Part shown: piece by piece, positions 60,828 through 64,000 of the stretch | Layout: the number at the start of each line of letters is the position of its first letter | How positions within the stretch are numbered: the first letter of the stretch is position 1 | NCBI GenBank assembly: GCA_027923505.1 | Contig: BROI01000006.1 | Location: 1,054,001-1,118,000, forward strand | DNA length: 64,000 nt | Source of the DNA: Mayamaea pseudoterrestris | Lineage: Eukaryota | Direction: 5' to 3' | Translations under genes and position numbers: made by a program | The notes under the pieces: model-generated | Databases searched by the model: none | What the model saw: only the letters and a program-made list of their open reading frames with translations | Told to the model about the DNA's origin: nothing

Positions 60828-61161
60828 GACTGCAATGTTACTGGTGAGAAGTTCTCACCAGTCTCAGCCCGCAGATGCCTTGACATGCAACTACTCATAA
60901 AATATGCCGTGTATACACCCAAATCACACCAGAATGGTATCAACATCATTATTAAGTCTGCGCTACAAGATAATATGCCTGGCTGTTGTCTCAGCAGACT
61001 GCAATGTGACTGGTGTGAATGTCTCACCAGCCTCAGCCCGCAGATGCCTTGACATTCAAATATGTCCCTACATCAAGCCATGTATGTGCCCAAAGTACAC
61101 AAGGGTGCCAAAAGATTATACGCCTGGGTGGTGTCTCAGTAGACTGCAATGCGACTGGTGA
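60826..61161. repeat. Satellite family C, ~2 diverged units (169 and 145 bp)
   Basis: AGACTGCAATG..ACTGGTG at ~60827, 60996 and 61141; CTCAGCCCGCAGATGCCTTGACAT occurs twice. Confidence 0.85.
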
Positions 61162-61263
61162 AAACTGAGCAGAACTGCCTTTGAATGGAAATAATGTGAA
61201 TGAGCAGCAACGTGAGGAAGGGAGAGAATGGGTGGTAATATTGAATTAATTTTAATGTTGCCA

Positions 61264-63159
61264 TCATGTCATTAATTTGCTCTTTCGTCGTGCCAAAGCT
61301 TCCTCTGCTCGTTTCCGTAGGATCTCCATCTTTTCGGCCTTGCGTCGCGCGTCAGCATTTAACGCAGCAGCCTCGGCTTCGGACTCTTGCGCTGCTGCTG
61401 CTACGTCCATCGCAGCCACATCCGAAACGCGAGCTACTTTATCATTTAACGGCACATGGCCCACCACCACCACATCTTCCTCTTCGTAGACCACCTCGTC
61501 ATCAAACATGTTTACCAAACCATACCGTCGATCCGGCACCGTTCGTAGTTTTCCAACTGTGAATGAGTCGCCTATAATTACTTCCAAATTATTGAGTGGA
61601 TCTTGAAACTCATCTCGTCGCCACTCCTTTCCATCAATCAAGTCTTGTCGATTTCGAAGGGTACTATCATCCAGTTTGATGCCCTTGGTTGCCATTTGCT
61701 TCAGTATTGAGTCGGATCGTTTAATCAACGCCAGTCCAACCGTGTTGCGGTCTCCCGTTCCACCAGGCTCGGCCATGGATGTAATGGCACCAACGCTAAT
61801 TTCTTGGTTGCTTCCTAGTACATACAACACATCACCAGCTTGCGGAAGCCGCGTCAAGTTTTCCATGGGATCGTCTGCGCCAGACTCGTATTCGTAAACG
61901 TTAAAGTCATCGTCGAAAACGACTTGATACAGTGAGCGAGGCGGACCACGAGGATTTTTGAGAATGGATGCAACGCCTTCCTGGCCCAAGTAGCAACCCT
62001 TCTCTTGGTCGACGAATGATTCAAGATGTAGCTCAAGTGGAGACGCTGGAGTAATGCTGGACTTTTGGGATGCGCTGGTAGCAAGTTCGTCGGCATTGGC
62101 ATTGCCCTTTGCCGACTTGCGCTTGCTGGTTGCCGCATGCCCTGTCATTTCGAATCCAAAGGCTGGCAATCCCGATTCGACTTGCAGTGTTTGATACTCC
62201 AAAGCTCCTACTTCAATCGGACCTAGTGCATTGTCTTCCGACACGAGATTTTGCCATATTTGCTGTCCCATGGATGCCGCCTGGTCCAAGAAGCAAAAGG
62301 TGAAACCGCGTCCGACGCAGTCTGACAGCAGCGTGGTCGGAGCAATGAGCAGAGAGGAACGAGCCGTCGGGTCAGTATCGCTATCAGACCTAGTCACTTG
62401 TGCATATGTACATTGATTGTTGTTTGGAAGTGCCAGCTCCTGGCGAATGTACGGCTGAATAAACTTGTCAAAAGCTGCAGCGACATTGTCGCGACGGGTC
62501 GATGCCAGTGTAAATATGCAGGCATGTTTTATGGTCGAAAGCTCCACCTGGTCCAAGGAAAATACAAATGGATCCAATCGATTCCACAAGGCCTTTGCGG
62601 AATGACCTGGACTCGTCATCAAGTATGCATTTTCAGGCGACGATACGCAAACATTGAAGCGATCAACTACATGCCCTCGATTTGTGAGCAAACAAGCTTG
62701 TCGAAATGAGCCGAGTTGCTTGCTCGATTTATTCTCGACTGCTATCGTATTCTTGGTGAATGACTTTGTCAATTTTGAATGTAGAAAGTCTAGCGTTCCG
62801 GAACCTGCCACTCGCACCAAGCCAAACTCGATTGGCGTTTTCTGCAGCATGTAGCCAATGCATCGGGAGGATTTCAAGGCGCTCCGAACGGCTTCTCCCT
62901 TGAGTCCGGCTGGTGTATTTGGAGGATAGGAACTTGGTAATGATGGTTTTGATGAGATAGCAGGCGCTTGTCCGCGTCGAGGCGGAACGTAGTCGTACTC
63001 ATTGACGGAGGATGAATGGAGGCATGTTCTTGATGAATGCCAATCGCTTCGCCGTTGAGAAAGTTGTCTTTCATTTCGCCATTGGTGCGTCCAGCAAACA
63101 CTTAATTCTACTAAGGACAGCAGAGAAAGTAAAGCAATCGTCTCCCGTAGGCTCTTCAT
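61264..63159 (-). CDS. YgfZ/IBA57/GcvT-family folate-binding Fe-S maturation protein, probably plastid-targeted
   Basis: KGCYLGQE signature, VAGSGTLDFLHSKLT, ACLLTNRG, ESGLPAFG; signal-like MKSLRETIALLSLLSLVELSVCW. Confidence 0.9.
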   Translation of the reverse strand: MKSLRETIALLSLLSLVELSVCWTHQWRNERQLSQRRSDWHSSRTCLHSSSVNEYDYVPPRRGQAPAISSKPSLPSSYPPNTPAGLKGEAVRSALKSSRCIGYMLQKTPIEFGLVRVAGSGTLDFLHSKLTKSFTKNTIAVENKSSKQLGSFRQACLLTNRGHVVDRFNVCVSSPENAYLMTSPGHSAKALWNRLDPFVFSLDQVELSTIKHACIFTLASTRRDNVAAAFDKFIQPYIRQELALPNNNQCTYAQVTRSDSDTDPTARSSLLIAPTTLLSDCVGRGFTFCFLDQAASMGQQIWQNLVSEDNALGPIEVGALEYQTLQVESGLPAFGFEMTGHAATSKRKSAKGNANADELATSASQKSSITPASPLELHLESFVDQEKGCYLGQEGVASILKNPRGPPRSLYQVVFDDDFNVYEYESGADDPMENLTRLPQAGDVLYVLGSNQEISVGAITSMAEPGGTGDRNTVGLALIKRSDSILKQMATKGIKLDDSTLRNRQDLIDGKEWRRDEFQDPLNNLEVIIGDSFTVGKLRTVPDRRYGLVNMFDDEVVYEEEDVVVVGHVPLNDKVARVSDVAAMDVAAAAQESEAEAAALNADARRKAEKMEILRKRAEEALARRKSKLMT

Positions 63160-63235
63160 TGCTTCTGCTTGGTCGATTGAGTATGTAGGAGGCGACGGGA
63201 GCAAGAAATTGACGGATGGATCTTTGTGTAGTCTG

Positions 63236-63406
63236 GATTCATCCAATCACATCAATGAATCTTCTTGGGCCTATTTTCAAAGTTTTTGGCCTACTCTTTC
63301 ACACTCAGTGACCAATAATTTTGATTTTCAACGCTCGTGGTAGTACTGTTCGAAGCACAGTGCCAATAACTTTGAAATATTTCAAAGTTTTTGGCACTAC
63401 TCTTTA
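63236..63406 (-). repeat. Palindromic dispersed repeat, inverted copy of 50637-50807
   Basis: Colinear reverse-complement match; near-perfect palindrome at 63359-63398. Confidence 0.9.
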
Positions 63407-63579
63407 TTCCAGAGTCAACACGAACGCCACGTCACTTCACCGACCCGTTCGACTCGACCACGTAGAATCCTACGTGAGACCTCCGGTACTGCGGCAGCAC
63501 GAGAAGGCGCGGTCCACCATGACACAACCACCCGCTCGTCGTGCGTTGATTGAACACTGCACATATTGATATTAAAAAA

Positions 63580-64000
63580 ATGGTTAAGGTTTGGTATGAA
63601 CCTCCTCCTTTTGGTGGAGTCGGCACTGACTTGAATCGCTCTCCCTATGGAATTGGTGAGTGATTGATTTGTTTAGGAGTACACCAAGATTTTTGCATCC
63701 GCGCCTCGAGTCGAATCTCATCCCCTTTCCTTCCTCCTCTTTTGTGCGCAGGCGGAGGAGGCACTTTCAAGACGTTTCTCGAAAAGATGTCCAAGACGCG
63801 TCCAATGGTCGCCATGACTCCCTTTATCATCGGGGTAAGTCGGCATAATTGCATTGAGTCGAACCATTGATCAAGGAGAAATTGGCTGTACCTCCTAAAA
63901 TTGTTTTCCTGCTATTGCCGCTAACAAGCTTGCTATTTAACTCTATACATTTGTTTCATCGCAGGCCATGGTCATTAGCTACGTTCCTGTCATGAACCAC
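63580..64000 (+). CDS. Small spliced single-TM protein, 3'-partial; exons 63580-63655, 63752-63834 and 63965->64000
   Basis: GTGAG/CAG and GTAAG/CAG introns give the in-frame peptide MVKVWYEPPPFGGVGTDLNRSPYGIGGGGTFKTFLEKMSKTRPMVAMTPFIIGAMVISYVPVMNH. Confidence 0.55.

Noticed and set aside
52563..61161. Short ORFs within satellites A, B and C
   Set aside because: Frames break between monomers and no protein motifs are recognisable.

Overview
Gene-dense eukaryotic nuclear DNA, most likely from a diatom or related ochrophyte (Lhcf-type fucoxanthin-chlorophyll protein with an ASAAAFAP plastid presequence, short GT-AG introns). Genes: AlkB-like dioxygenase, RluA-type pseudouridine synthase, DAG-lipase-like protein, PIG-T, RING-H2/RanBP2-ZnF protein, CCDC43-like protein, large Sec7 ARF-GEF, 5-oxoprolinase, VPS50, Lhcf, FPP synthase, a membrane kinase, RPL19 and YgfZ/GcvT-like protein. 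The first 20 kb holds three consecutive near-identical tandem duplications (periods 2696, 2797 and 3990 bp), which may be assembly artefacts, and a TIR-bounded element sits between two of them. The most notable non-coding structures are: (1) a 7.5-kb CpG-eroded satellite of 171/172/189-bp monomers in a ~532-bp higher-order repeat, bracketed by inverted copies of a second 173-bp satellite (candidate centromere or heterochromatin island); (2) a 395-bp cassette of nine 42-bp units found at two unrelated promoters; (3) a 171-bp palindromic dispersed repeat found in three divergent promoters; (4) a candidate H/ACA snoRNA in RPL19 intron 2. All calls were made by eye, with no database searches.
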